The notes under the pieces were generated by a model. It was not told the origin of the DNA. It ran no database searches and was given only the letters and a program-made list of their open reading frames with translations. Shown here piece by piece: positions 44,904 through 55,561 of a DNA stretch of 64,000 nucleotides. The DNA lies in contig CAZSWT010000003.1 in assembly GCA_964611035.1 (NCBI GenBank), positions 6,219 to 70,218 of the forward strand, in the 5' to 3' direction. Each line of letters begins with the position of its first letter. The stretch's first letter is position 1. The stretch comes from an uncultured Desulfobacteraceae bacterium. Lineage in GTDB: Bacteria; Desulfobacterota; DSM-4660; Desulfatiglandales; B25-G16. The translations under genes and the position numbers were made by a program.

Positions 44904-46154
44904 TTAAAAATCTAATGGCTTACAGATGATCTCTTTGACTTTCATGTCAAAGAAATTTTGGGTATGTGCTGGTTTAAGTAGAAGTGCTGTATCTACTCCA
45001 GTTGCTGTTCCACCAATAGAGATAACATCCTCATCTGTTCTGATTAGCCCAGCATCTGTGGCCATTAAGGCCATCTCAATTGCAACCTTTGTTCCATGAC
45101 CAAATGTTCGCAAGGTATAGGCAATAACCTCATCTATTTGATAGGTGCCAGTTTTGTTCCTAAATGCCCTTCCTACGCCACCAAATGCGTGTTGGGCTGT
45201 CAAAACAATAGCACCTTTTTCGAGAAGGAGTTTTCTATCTTTTTCTGCGAGTTCTTGATGGTCTGGTTTTTTAAAACCTGTTACATGCGTTACAATTATG
45301 AGAGAAAAATTATTACCGAATAGATCAAGGGCCTTGAAGGCGGTTTTTCCACTACAACTTGAGACCAAAATCTTATTGATCTTTAATATTTTGGCTCTTT
45401 CAAGAGCAGCTTCAAGGGTTGCCTTTGTGTTGCTTGGGCCAGGGTTTGTAAAATAGCGACAGTTTACAACCTCAAAGGCTTTATCTTTTTTTGACCCTTT
45501 TGATTCTTTTGGCTCATCTGTTTTATCCTCCTTAGTTAGAAGAGATTTAACAGCCTCCTGACCTTTTTCCACCAAAAGATGATTTATGTCCCTGAACTCT
45601 TTTGGTAATTTTACAATGTTGGCCTTTGGAAGAATTTCAAGGATCTTTTTTGCAGCCTGCTCACTGCCTTTGCTATTTTTGAAGCAGATTTTTGTGGTTA
45701 TATCGGAAAATAGTTGTAGTTGTTTGAATCCTGTCATGCTGGGCAGGGAAACACCTCCCAGATCTGTGCTTAATAGGTCAAGTATGCCAGACGTAATAAT
45801 TACATCTCTAAAATTTCTCTCAAGGTTAAAAAGCCCTGTTTCAAGGTCACTATCTTCATGAAAGTATTCTTGGCCCTCTTTTACTATTTGACCATTTATT
45901 TCGAGGGACTCTGTTGCCAGATACTGAATGCCTACAATCAGAAAACCGCGTACTAAAGGGAAGGCGAGCGCCTTTCTCTCTGGGGAGTAACCGACTATTT
46001 TTTTAGGGAGAAGTTCATTATAAATAATCCCTTTATTTATTTTTTTCTTATCATGTAAATAGCTGACAGCCTTTTCCGCAGCTTGTTTGTTTTGAAGCAT
46101 TGTATAAAAAAGTTGATCAAAGTTTTTTTTGACTTTAATTTTATTTGTTTCCAT
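44904..46154 (-). CDS. fusion protein: N-terminal Toprim-like region plus C-terminal pyruvate-kinase-C-like alpha/beta domain
   Basis: 416 aa. The C-terminal 190 aa or so (..NTKATLEAALERAKILKINKILVSSCSGKTA...SIGGTATGVDTALL..) resemble stand-alone PK C-terminal-like domain proteins. The N-terminal assignment is weak. Confidence 0.5.
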   Translation of the reverse strand: METNKIKVKKNFDQLFYTMLQNKQAAEKAVSYLHDKKKINKGIIYNELLPKKIVGYSPERKALAFPLVRGFLIVGIQYLATESLEINGQIVKEGQEYFHEDSDLETGLFNLERNFRDVIITSGILDLLSTDLGGVSLPSMTGFKQLQLFSDITTKICFKNSKGSEQAAKKILEILPKANIVKLPKEFRDINHLLVEKGQEAVKSLLTKEDKTDEPKESKGSKKDKAFEVVNCRYFTNPGPSNTKATLEAALERAKILKINKILVSSCSGKTAFKALDLFGNNFSLIIVTHVTGFKKPDHQELAEKDRKLLLEKGAIVLTAQHAFGGVGRAFRNKTGTYQIDEVIAYTLRTFGHGTKVAIEMALMATDAGLIRTDEDVISIGGTATGVDTALLLKPAHTQNFFDMKVKEIICKPLDF

Positions 46155-46182
46155 TATATTTTTCCTTAATTATACTAAAATA

Positions 46183-46599
46183 TTATTCGCCAATTATTTT
46201 TACCAAAACCCTTTTACGTCTGCGACCATCAAATTCACCATAGAATATCTGCTCCCAAGGGCCAAAGTCCATTTTACCGTTAGTTACGGCAATAACAACC
46301 TCTCTTCCCATAATCTGCCTTTTCATATGTGCATCTGCATTATCCTCACCAACATTATGCCTATATTGGGAGACAGGCTCATGGGGAGCAAGTTTCTCTA
46401 GCCATTTTTCATAGTCGTGATGTAGCCCGGATTCATCGTCATTAATAAATATGCTGGCTGTTATATGCATGGCGTTGCAGAGAATAAAACCCTCCTTAAT
46501 CCTGCTTTCTTTAAGACACTCTTCAACTTGGGGGGTGATGTTAACAAATGCCCTCCTCGTGGGCATCTCAAACCAGAGTTCTTTTCTATAGCTTTTCAT
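46183..46599 (-). CDS. yjbQ: YjbQ/UPF0047 family (secondary thiamine-phosphate synthase)
   Basis: 138 aa. ..ITPQVEE..., ..[18 protein letters not shown].., ..[12 protein letters not shown].. signature. Confidence 0.85.
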   Translation of the reverse strand: MKSYRKELWFEMPTRRAFVNITPQVEECLKESRIKEGFILCNAMHITASIFINDDESGLHHDYEKWLEKLAPHEPVSQYRHNVGEDNADAHMKRQIMGREVVIAVTNGKMDFGPWEQIFYGEFDGRRRKRVLVKIIGE

Positions 46600-46946
46600 A
46601 GATAGCTCCTATGTAATGTCGCCGATATGTGACATTTTCTGTAATTTTAAATAAATTATTTGCCTTTTGTACGTAAATGGTCTCTTAATTGTTTTGTCAA
46701 ATGAAGACAATAATAAACACTTAAAGGGGAAAAATCTATGTTTTATTTTCCCTTGATTTCAGTGCAGAATGGTGATAAATGCCTATCGCGTGAGAAAAAA
46801 GAAATAGTGTTTTATCCAGATAAAAAAGTTTACGTAATGCCTATTTATAAAGAGAGGTACGATCAAGATAGGAAGCAAAGATAGCAATAGGCATTTGATC
46901 AAAGGGATCTGCAGAAAAGATTATCAATAAAGGAGGAAATCAAGAT

Positions 46947-47384
46947 ATGTCAGTGGATTTTGATAAAGCAATGGATGAAATGCAGGCGTCTATCATAGAA
47001 GATACCCAGAAGATATATTCAGAAAAAATGATTGAAAGATGGCTTAGTCCAACACGTATGGGAGAGATGGAACAACCTCAGGGATACGGAAAGGTTAAGG
47101 GGCCATGCGGGGATACCATAAAGATTTTTCTTAGGATTCATGATGAAAGGATTATTGATGCCAGGTTTGTTGCTGATGGGTGTGCAACGACTATGGCTGC
47201 AGGTTCTATGGCCTGTGAACTTGTGATAGGAAAAGACATCAAGGATGCATTTAAAATAAACAAAGAAGTGATTTTAGAAAGTTTAGGCGGTCTGCCAGAA
47301 GAAAGTTCGCACTGTGTGCTTTTGGCATCGAATACTCTAAAAGAGGCATTGACTGATTACCTTACATCCAAGGATGAACCATAG
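46947..47384 (+). CDS. NifU/IscU-like Fe-S cluster scaffold protein
   Basis: 145 aa. GPCGD..., ..DGCATT.., ..SHCVLLA.. conserved Cys ligands. Confidence 0.8.
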   Translation: MSVDFDKAMDEMQASIIEDTQKIYSEKMIERWLSPTRMGEMEQPQGYGKVKGPCGDTIKIFLRIHDERIIDARFVADGCATTMAAGSMACELVIGKDIKDAFKINKEVILESLGGLPEESSHCVLLASNTLKEALTDYLTSKDEP

Positions 47385-47697
47385 AGGAGGTTTTTCAAAA
47401 AACAGTAAGGAAATGGAAGGATATAGGACTCAATATAAGAATTCTGTCTTTTCCGGACAAAAGTTAGAACTTGATGGTAAATATTTTAATCATTGCAAGT
47501 TTAAGGATTGTATTATTGTTCTGGAGAAAGGGGAAACTAATATTGCCGGTTGTAGTTTTGAAAACTGTAAATTACTCCTTAAAGGCAATGCCTATACTGT
47601 TGGAAAAATAATAAAGCTATTTACTGGGAAAAGCCCTTTAAAGGTGTTGGACTTTGATGAGCCGTTGTTTAAGAATACTACGCCAAAAAAAGTTTAA
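47374..47697 (+). CDS. hypothetical protein
   Basis: 107-aa ORF overlapping the previous gene by 11 nt. No motif recognised. An internal start (MEGYR) is possible. Confidence 0.35.
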   Translation: MNHRGGFSKNSKEMEGYRTQYKNSVFSGQKLELDGKYFNHCKFKDCIIVLEKGETNIAGCSFENCKLLLKGNAYTVGKIIKLFTGKSPLKVLDFDEPLFKNTTPKKV

Positions 47698-49064
47698 GCC
47701 CCTATTGTTTTTCTATATCGTAAACAATTTGTATTATTGTTATTATGATCTAGCAAAGATATATACCCTATGTTCCTGTAAGCCTTTTCTTTAGCACCTT
47801 CCAGCGTTGCATCGCCGGCGATTATATGCAGTGCTCTTCCACCGTCTGTTACAAGGCCTCTTTCTGGATCTTCCCTTACGCCTGAAAAATAAACAGCAAT
47901 TCCCTTTTCTATAGTATCTAATCCTGCTATCACATGGCCCTTCCCATAACGGCCCGGATATCCCTTGTTCCAGCCCTTACTTGCCTTTGAGCGGCCTTCC
48001 ATAGCAACTATATCCACATAGTGCTGGTTATTCCAGACAGGATGAATTTGATCCAAATTCCCTTCCCATACTGCCATACCTATCTCGAAGAGATCCGTAC
48101 TTAGTTTTCTTGAAAGCACTTCCCACTCCGGATCGCCATGCCTTACATTAATTTCAAATACATCCAGTTGGTTATAAGGATCAAGATTCAGCCCAAAGTA
48201 TAAAACACCTTTATAATTCCATCCCAAACCTAAATCGCCCCTGTTGTAAATTGCATTAACTGTTGGGTTTACAATCTCTTTGATAATCCTGTTTACCAGC
48301 CATGGGGTCACAAGTTTATGGGGTGCATAACATCCTGTGCCACCTGTATTAAGGTTTCCACCAAACTCAGCAATTGATTGCTCATCATTCTGATCAAAGG
48401 CCTGTTTGTAGTCCTGAACAAACATTTTTAAAGGGAGCACATGTTCACCATCCAGGTAGACATAAAAGGAGATTTCAGTGCCATACTTTCTTTCTTCTAT
48501 AACAACCTTATCACCTGATTTTCCGAATATTTTTTCTACCATTATTTTGTCGATTGCTTTCTCGGCTTGTATGACATCATCGCACCCTATGGCACCTTTT
48601 CCTGCTGCAAGGCCATTTGCCTTTACAAAGACCTGATATCCAATATTCCTAACATATTTTTTTGCCTTTTCCGGGTTATCAAAAACCATATATTCTGGCT
48701 TACCTACCCCTATTTCCCTTAAGATATTATCAGTAAATGCCCTGTCACTCTCTAATCTAACATATTCTCTCTTTGGACCAATGGTTCTCACCCCTTTTTC
48801 ATTTAAGATATCAACCAAACCCTCCTCAAGAGGGTTTTCTGAACCTATATCGACCAAATCAACGTTGTTTTCCAGGCAAAATTTCACCACCTCATTAAAA
48901 TCTCTTATATCCATACATTCTATCAATTTTCTCTTTCCCTTCAATGTGTAGAGCACTCCAGCATTACCGGGAAAAAAATAGACCTTTTCAACATGCTGAC
49001 TGTCTCCATATTTATCAGCAAGTGAGTGGTCTCTGCCTCCGGTGCCATATACAAGAACTTTCAT
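47694..49064 (-). CDS. purD: phosphoribosylamine--glycine ligase
   Basis: 456 aa. MKVLVYGTGGRDHSLA start and an ATP-grasp core. Somewhat longer than typical PurD. Confidence 0.8.
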   Translation of the reverse strand: MKVLVYGTGGRDHSLADKYGDSQHVEKVYFFPGNAGVLYTLKGKRKLIECMDIRDFNEVVKFCLENNVDLVDIGSENPLEEGLVDILNEKGVRTIGPKREYVRLESDRAFTDNILREIGVGKPEYMVFDNPEKAKKYVRNIGYQVFVKANGLAAGKGAIGCDDVIQAEKAIDKIMVEKIFGKSGDKVVIEERKYGTEISFYVYLDGEHVLPLKMFVQDYKQAFDQNDEQSIAEFGGNLNTGGTGCYAPHKLVTPWLVNRIIKEIVNPTVNAIYNRGDLGLGWNYKGVLYFGLNLDPYNQLDVFEINVRHGDPEWEVLSRKLSTDLFEIGMAVWEGNLDQIHPVWNNQHYVDIVAMEGRSKASKGWNKGYPGRYGKGHVIAGLDTIEKGIAVYFSGVREDPERGLVTDGGRALHIIAGDATLEGAKEKAYRNIGYISLLDHNNNNTNCLRYRKTIGA

Positions 49065-49345
49065 ATTTTCCTCCCTAAACGGTGATGTTAAGACGTTGAC
49101 TTATATGTGGGCATGGGGTGGGTGCAAAAGTTTGATTGGCAGAGTATATTGAGATTGTTAGAGTATGTCAATATTAATTGAGTAATTACAGGATCGGTTT
49201 AGACTTGTCTTTTTTTTATATTTTGTTATACTTTTTCAAATTTTCAGGCAAACAATAGCTAACATTACTGTGACTACTGAGGTTCAAAGTTCCAGGGTTC
49301 TCCGACAACCTGAATAGTTGCATATTATTTACCAATTCTATTACA

Positions 49346-49822
49346 ATGAAGATTGGAGTCATTTCAGATACACACCTAAAAGAGGTGAATTCTCGCCTTA
49401 TTGATATATATAAGGATTATTTTTCTGATGTGGATATGATTATCCATACTGGAGATCTTATTTCTGAAGAAATAGTTGATTTATTAAGCCAGAAGCCACT
49501 CCATATAGTTCATGGAAATATGGACGATTTTGATATAAAAAAGAAATTTCCTAAAAAAAAGATATTAGAGGTAAGCGGTTTCCGTTTGGGATTAATACAT
49601 GGATGGGGCTCACCTTTTGGAATAGAAAAGAGGATAAGACCAGAGTTTAATGATGTCCATGCCATTATTTATGGCCATTCTCACAAATCGGCTAACCATA
49701 TTGATAATGGAGTTATTTTTTTTAATCCAGGAACTGCCACCGGTTTCAGCATGAGTGGATCCCATTCGATCGGAATTTTGGATGTAAATGACGAAATACA
49801 TTTTACTATAATCAAAGTTTGA
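49346..49822 (+). CDS. YfcE/MJ0936-family metallophosphoesterase
   Basis: 158 aa. MKIGVISDTH, HTGD, GNMD and GHSH motifs. Confidence 0.8.
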   Translation: MKIGVISDTHLKEVNSRLIDIYKDYFSDVDMIIHTGDLISEEIVDLLSQKPLHIVHGNMDDFDIKKKFPKKKILEVSGFRLGLIHGWGSPFGIEKRIRPEFNDVHAIIYGHSHKSANHIDNGVIFFNPGTATGFSMSGSHSIGILDVNDEIHFTIIKV

Positions 49823-49831
49823 GGGCATAAG

Positions 49832-50308
49832 ATGAAGGTTCTTTGGGCGCCCTGGAGAATGGAATATGTGAGCTCCGATAATAAGGGGGGGTGCATATTT
49901 TGTCCAGGCGAAGACAGAAGTTTAGATGAACAAAGGTTAATTTTATGTATTGGTAACCTAAGCATTATTCTGATGAACAGGTTTCCTTATATAAATGGAC
50001 ATCTTTTAATAGCCCCTTTGCGACACATTTCTACTTTGAATGCACTATCAGCGGAGGAAAAACTTGACCTAATCACACAAGTTGAAAAGTCTATTGGTGT
50101 TTTAAAAGAAGTGTTGAGGCCAGAAGGATTTAATGTAGGCTTAAATCTGGGAAAGGCAGCAGGGGCCGGTGTTGAGGATCATATCCATTTTCATATTGTT
50201 CCTCGATGGGGAGGAGATACTAATTACATGACTGTATTTGGAGAAGTGAGGGTAATTCCAGAGCATATTCAAGAGACATATCGAAAATTGTTACCTTTTT
50301 TCAAATAG
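49832..50308 (+). CDS. HIT-family nucleotide hydrolase/transferase
   Basis: 158 aa. Histidine triad HIHFHIVPRW. Confidence 0.8.
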   Translation: MKVLWAPWRMEYVSSDNKGGCIFCPGEDRSLDEQRLILCIGNLSIILMNRFPYINGHLLIAPLRHISTLNALSAEEKLDLITQVEKSIGVLKEVLRPEGFNVGLNLGKAAGAGVEDHIHFHIVPRWGGDTNYMTVFGEVRVIPEHIQETYRKLLPFFK

Positions 50309-50354
50309 TTTTAGATACTATAAAACATTCTTTAAAGCTTTAAAGGAGGATTTT

Positions 50355-50708
50355 ATGAAACATATAAAGGCTATTATAAGTATAGTATTAATGTTACTGG
50401 CCGTGGTACTTATTGTTGAAAATCTTGCGCAGTTATCCCAGAAATTGACACTTCAAGTTGACCTTTATTTTTGGGAATGGAAAACTGAGCCAATGTCATT
50501 TTATCTTGTTATTATAATTGTCTTTCTATTAGGAATCCTCATAGCTAGTTTATACGGTATACTTGAGCGCTTTAAATTGAAGAAGGAAATAAGGATAATT
50601 TCCAAGAAGAAAAGAGAAAAAGACAAAGAGCTGGATTCATTGAGAAACCTTCCTATTGTTGAAAGTAAGATAGAAGATATGGAGCTGTCAGAAAAAAATC
50701 AGGATTAG
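50355..50708 (+). CDS. LapA-like (DUF1049) inner-membrane protein
   Basis: 117 aa with two TM helices then a charged tail. Positioned upstream of lapB as in other diderms. Confidence 0.55.
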   Translation: MKHIKAIISIVLMLLAVVLIVENLAQLSQKLTLQVDLYFWEWKTEPMSFYLVIIIVFLLGILIASLYGILERFKLKKEIRIISKKKREKDKELDSLRNLPIVESKIEDMELSEKNQD

Positions 50709-50739
50709 AAGCTGAGTAGCGGGAGATTAGGATAATTTA

Positions 50740-51000
50740 ATATATCGGATTTCCCAGAACCCACGCCTGTAGGCCAGTGGGCATTATTCCAGTAATCCCT
50801 GGCCCAGACCCGCCTGTCCCGATATAATCGGGACGGGCGGGTCTGGCTAGCAATGCAGTAGTATTTAAAACGAGTCTGAGAAATAATACAGCGGCACCAC
50901 AATGCTCCAGAAAAGTCGCACCTCCCGATCCCGTCTCGGTCTCGGGACGGGGAGGGCAGGCCATTATTCTCCCGCAATCCTGCGGGATGGAGCGAAGCGG
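50740..51000. repeat. dispersed hairpin repeat, family B (nested perfect hairpins)
   Basis: ccagacccgcc tgtcccgatataatcgggac g ggcgggtctgg (about 50803-50847), with an 11-bp outer and 8-bp inner stem. Further hairpins cctcccg..cggggagg and cccgca atcc tgcggg. Confidence 0.65.
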
Positions 51001-51013
51001 AGCTAAGTTCTAA

Positions 51014-52246
51014 ATGTTGGAAGAAATTAAAAATTTATTTTTTAGCAATCTTGATATTAGACTTGGCGTCTGGTTAATCATTGCCTTTGTATGTGGTTTC
51101 CTTATAGATAGGTTTATTAGATCAAGACGTGCTGAAAAGCTTAGAAAAAAACTGGATAGGGGAGATAAGGCTTTCTTCCAGGGCATTCAGCATATACTTT
51201 CCAATGAGCCAGATCAGGCTATCGAACAGTTCACAAAGTCGGTTAAGATTAACTCAGATACTATCGAGACCTATGTCGCTTTGGGCCATCTCTATAGATC
51301 AAAAGGGGATATCGAGAGGGCTATCAGGATACGACAGGGAATAATTTTACGACCTAATCTGGACAAAGAGATAAGATTGAGGGCAATATTTGATCTGGGA
51401 TTAGATTACAGGAAGGGGGGTTTTTTGAATCGGGCTATATCGGCATTCCATGAGGTTCTTGAGGATGATCCAAACAATGTCGAAGCCCTTGAGCAGATTG
51501 AGCGAATTTATGAGGATATGTACGATTGGGAAAAGGCCTTTAAAACGAGAGAGTCTATCTCAAAACTCGTAAAGGGTGATCATCGGCATATACTTGCTCA
51601 CCAAAAAACAGAGCTTGGGAAGATACAGGAAAAGAATGGTGATAGAGCAAGGGCTGAGAAATCCTATAAAAAGGCTATCTCTATCTTTGACAAATGCGTT
51701 GATGTCTATCTTCATTTGGGTGATCTCTATTTTAGTCAACAAGAGCACAAGAAGGCCTTATTTACATGGAAGAGGGTAGTTGATGTCGCGCCTCAGTTTA
51801 CTTTTCTTGCCTACAAAAGGTTAGAAAAGGCCTATTCAACGATGAGGAATCTAAAGGGGGTAGAGGATTTTTTAAGAGATACTGCCCGAAAGAATTCTGA
51901 TAGCTTTACAAATTTAGCCTTAGCCAAGTATCTCTATAATAAGGGGGAGACAGATTCTGCTTTGAATGAACTGAATCAGAGCATTAAATCAGCCCCTTCC
52001 TTTTTAAATGCCAGAAAATTTATAGGGGAGATACTTTTAAAAGAAGGCAGAAATGAAGAGGCATTAGAAGCCTATAAAGATCTCCTATTAATATTAGATT
52101 TTCCTTATTTAAAGTTCCAATGTAGCAATTGTGGATACAGACCAGATGAACTTGTTTGGAAGTGCCCACAGTGCTTGAAATGGGATTCGATAGATATTAT
52201 AAAACCATCTTCTTCTGACTTATCTAATGGTAATGTATCTTCTTAA
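51014..52246 (+). CDS. lapB: LPS assembly regulator LapB/YciM (TPR plus rubredoxin-like C-terminus)
   Basis: 410 aa. N-terminal TM helix, TPR repeats, C-terminal CSNCGY..WKCPQC. Confidence 0.8.
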   Translation: MLEEIKNLFFSNLDIRLGVWLIIAFVCGFLIDRFIRSRRAEKLRKKLDRGDKAFFQGIQHILSNEPDQAIEQFTKSVKINSDTIETYVALGHLYRSKGDIERAIRIRQGIILRPNLDKEIRLRAIFDLGLDYRKGGFLNRAISAFHEVLEDDPNNVEALEQIERIYEDMYDWEKAFKTRESISKLVKGDHRHILAHQKTELGKIQEKNGDRARAEKSYKKAISIFDKCVDVYLHLGDLYFSQQEHKKALFTWKRVVDVAPQFTFLAYKRLEKAYSTMRNLKGVEDFLRDTARKNSDSFTNLALAKYLYNKGETDSALNELNQSIKSAPSFLNARKFIGEILLKEGRNEEALEAYKDLLLILDFPYLKFQCSNCGYRPDELVWKCPQCLKWDSIDIIKPSSSDLSNGNVSS

Positions 52247-52571
52247 ATTTCTACATTTCCATATTTAGGGCTTTGCCCCAATTGGAGTAGTGGAGCATTG
52301 GAGTGATGGGTCTAAAAAAAACAATAATTCTTCAGCTCTTCCTAACCATTACTCCAGTATTTTTACCCCGTTAAATATGAGTTTTTAAGCGCCCATATTG
52401 TAGGATAATCTGAGGAGCATAATAGTCGCCTATTTCAATAAAAGACACTATTTAATAGGGCAGGCACTCCATCATTGCAGGTGAATGCACTATATTGCAG
52501 CTAAACAATTTATTATTTTCTCGCCTACAGTGGGATAGAATTTCCTATACGTTAAATTATAAGGTTCTTAT

Positions 52572-54311
52572 ATGATACGCAGATTGCTACGTGGAAAATA
52601 TGTGCTGATATTTTTCTTTTTATCCCTATTCTTTACCCTGTTTTTCACCACCTCTCATCGAGTTACTATCGCAAAATCCAATTCTGCTAAAATTCTTTTC
52701 CACAAGGCAGAGGCGTGCACAAAAACACTTTATCAATCTAAAGCTAAAAAGAAATACAGACATAATTGGGAAAGATGCATCAAGGGATATGAAAAGACTT
52801 ATAAGACATTTCCAGGAACAGATGAGGCGGCGCGGGCTATGTTCGCTGCTTGTAAATTATGGACTAATCTCTATGGTTATTCAGGGAGGAATTCTGATAT
52901 TGACACGGCCGTATCACTCTATCGAGAACTGGTAGAGAAATACAAGACCCATAGATTGGCTGATGATGCCCAATACAGATTGGGGGAGATCTTTTATAGG
53001 TATAAAAAGGATTCAAAGCAGGCCTATGTTGAATTTTTAAAGGTAGAGATAAAGTTTCCAAATGGAGATGCAAAGGTCAAAGCATCTAAGATGATGGATA
53101 AGCTGGAACGTCTCTTAGGCAAGAAAAGATTGGCAAAAGCAAGTGTCAAGGAAATCAAGTCCAAGAAAAAGAAATTAATCGCAATAAAGGATATCAGGCA
53201 TTGGTCGACCCCAACTTACACAAGGGTGGTTGTCGACTTGGAGAACCCAGTCAAATACAAGAAACATCTGTTAAAGAAGGACCCGGACCTTAGTAAGCCA
53301 AGACGCCTTTTTTTAGATCTACAAAATTCATGCATTAGCAAGGAGATAGAAAGTTCTATACTCATTAAAGACGGACTGTTAAGAAGGGCACGGGCTGCTC
53401 AACACGACAAAAAAACTGTCAGGGTTGTCCTTGATATTGATAATATGGAAGGATATAGGATCTTTCACCTTTATGATCCCTTTCGGATTGTGATTGATGT
53501 GCAAGGCAAGGAGCAGAAGGCAAAGCCCGTAAAAACAGTAGTTGCTCAAAGGTCTCAGAAAGAAAAAGCAACAAATGAAAGCAAAAAAGAAGGCATATCT
53601 TTAGCTAAACAGTTAGGTTTGGGAGTAAAGAAGATTGTAATTGATGCAGGCCATGGCGGAAAAGATCCGGGTGCTATTGGAAGAAATGGCCTAAGAGAAA
53701 AAGATGTTGTGCTTAAGCTTGCAAAATTAGTGGCAGAAAGGGTGAGAAAAGATCTTCATTGTCAGGCTATTTTAACCCGAAGAAGTGATGTATTCTTACC
53801 TTTGGAAAAGAGAACTGCAATTGCCAATATGAAAAAGGCGGATCTATTTATCTCCCTTCATGCAAATGCGCATAAGAATAGTAAATTACAAGGCTTAGAG
53901 ACCTATATCTTGAATATAGCCTTAGATGAAGAAAGCATGAATGTGGCTGCAAGAGAAAATGCTACCTCTACAAAAAATATAAGCGACCTCCAGATGATTT
54001 TAAATGATCTTATGCTTAACACAAAGATAAATGAGTCGAGCAGACTGGCAAAATTTGTGCACAAAGGTTTGGTAAAGGAGCTGCGGAAAAGATACAAGAT
54101 AGTTAAGAACAGGGGTGTGCGGCAGGCACCATTTTATGTCTTGATTGGTGCTGAGATGCCCGCAATTCTGGTAGAGGTAGGTTACATTACAAATTCGATA
54201 GAAAATAGACGGCTTAAAAGCGTGTCATACCTCAAGAGGGCTGCTTCAGGTATAGTGAAGGGCATTGATTTATACATTAAGGATATGGAGTTGGCCTATA
54301 AAGGTGGATAA
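52572..54311 (+). CDS. N-acetylmuramoyl-L-alanine amidase (AmiC-type, with AMIN-like and TPR-like N-terminal regions)
   Basis: 579 aa. Amidase_3 core IVIDAGHGGKDPGA, ..SLHANA.., ..PAILVEVGYITN... Confidence 0.85.
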   Translation: MIRRLLRGKYVLIFFFLSLFFTLFFTTSHRVTIAKSNSAKILFHKAEACTKTLYQSKAKKKYRHNWERCIKGYEKTYKTFPGTDEAARAMFAACKLWTNLYGYSGRNSDIDTAVSLYRELVEKYKTHRLADDAQYRLGEIFYRYKKDSKQAYVEFLKVEIKFPNGDAKVKASKMMDKLERLLGKKRLAKASVKEIKSKKKKLIAIKDIRHWSTPTYTRVVVDLENPVKYKKHLLKKDPDLSKPRRLFLDLQNSCISKEIESSILIKDGLLRRARAAQHDKKTVRVVLDIDNMEGYRIFHLYDPFRIVIDVQGKEQKAKPVKTVVAQRSQKEKATNESKKEGISLAKQLGLGVKKIVIDAGHGGKDPGAIGRNGLREKDVVLKLAKLVAERVRKDLHCQAILTRRSDVFLPLEKRTAIANMKKADLFISLHANAHKNSKLQGLETYILNIALDEESMNVAARENATSTKNISDLQMILNDLMLNTKINESSRLAKFVHKGLVKELRKRYKIVKNRGVRQAPFYVLIGAEMPAILVEVGYITNSIENRRLKSVSYLKRAASGIVKGIDLYIKDMELAYKGG

Positions 54312-54315
54312 AATT

Positions 54316-55420
54316 TTAATTTTGCAGCCACTTAAGATAGGCATCTATAAACATATTAATGTCCCCATTCATCACCCTATCAACATCTCCAACTTCAAGG
54401 TTTGTCCTGTGATCCTTTACTAATCTGTAAGGATTGAATGTGTATGACCGTATTTGATTACCCCATGCTATCTCTTTCTGGGATTGGTGTCTGAGATCTT
54501 TTTCTTTGCTTTTTTTCTCTTTTTCCAATGCATAGAGGCGTGCTTTAAGAATTTTTAATGCGAGGTCTTTATTTCGATGCTGAGACTTTTCATTTTGACA
54601 CTGGACAGCTATATTGGTTGGTAAGTGGGTAATCCTTACGGCAGAGCTGGTCTTATTAACATGCTGTCCGCCTGGACCGCTAGCCCTGAAGGTTTCTATC
54701 CTCAGATCCTTCTCGTTAATATCTATTTTTATGTCATCTTCAATCTCTGGCAAGATAGATACCGATGCAAATGATGTATGTCTTCGACTACTGGCATCAA
54801 AAGGAGAGATCCGGACCATCCGGTGAATGCCATGTTCCGATTTTAGGTAACCGTATGCATGAGGGCCACTTACAGTGAAGGTAACATTTTTTATCCCTGC
54901 CTCATCGCCTGCCAGGTGATCAACAATTTTGGTCTGCATCTTTCTGGACTCTGCCCATTTGAGATAAAGCCTGAATAACATTTCAACCCAATCTTGAGCC
55001 TCTGTTCCTCCTGCGCCTGCATTTATGGCTACAATGGCATTTCTTTTATCATCTTTATCACTGAAGAGGGTCTGAAGCTCGTATCTATTTATCTCTTTTT
55101 CCAGCCCAGAAAGGTTGGTGCTTGCCTCTGAAATCATTTTCTCATCGTTTTCTTCCTGGGCTAACTTGGTCAGGATATCGAGCTCTTCTAACTCATTTTT
55201 GTATCTATGCCATTCCTCTAATTGGTTACTGAGCACCCCTCTTTCCTGGCTTAGTTCGGTGGCTTCATTCTGGTTGTTTTGCCAGATATCCGTTTTAGAT
55301 AATATTTTTTCTATTTTTTTTAGACTTTTTTCATCATCAGTTAAGTCAAAGATGCTCCCAAATATCATCTAATTTCCTATTCAGAGTATCTATTTTTTCG
55401 ATTATCTCTGCATAATTCAT
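54316..55420 (-). CDS. prfB: peptide chain release factor 2, with programmed +1 frameshift
   Basis: Frame 0 runs from ATG 55420 (MNYAEIIEKIDTLNRKLDDIWEHL) to TGA at 55346-55348. The +1 frame continues DLTDDEKSLKK.. to 54316, with SPF and GGQ motifs (..RASGPGGQHVNKT..). Confidence 0.9.
55345..55351 (-). promoter_or_regulatory. prfB +1 frameshift site CTT TGA C
   Basis: The reverse complement of 55345-55351 is ctttgac, preceded by the SD-like GGGAG 3 nt upstream, as at the classical RF2 autoregulatory site. Confidence 0.85.
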
Positions 55421-55561
55421 AATTTTATCTCCTTTTGTAATGTCAGTAGTGAGTTGTCAGTAGTCTGTTGTATTTACATTAATAAATACACTAAATTTAA
55501 TATTGAAATTGTTAGTATCACCGTTTCTATTTAGCTGAATTAATTGATTTTTTGGTTACTT

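Noticed and set aside
49065-49345. Purine or ZTP riboswitch in the purD leader.
   Set aside because: I found no match to the conserved cores on the minus strand. The region mostly contains a family B-type repeat fragment.
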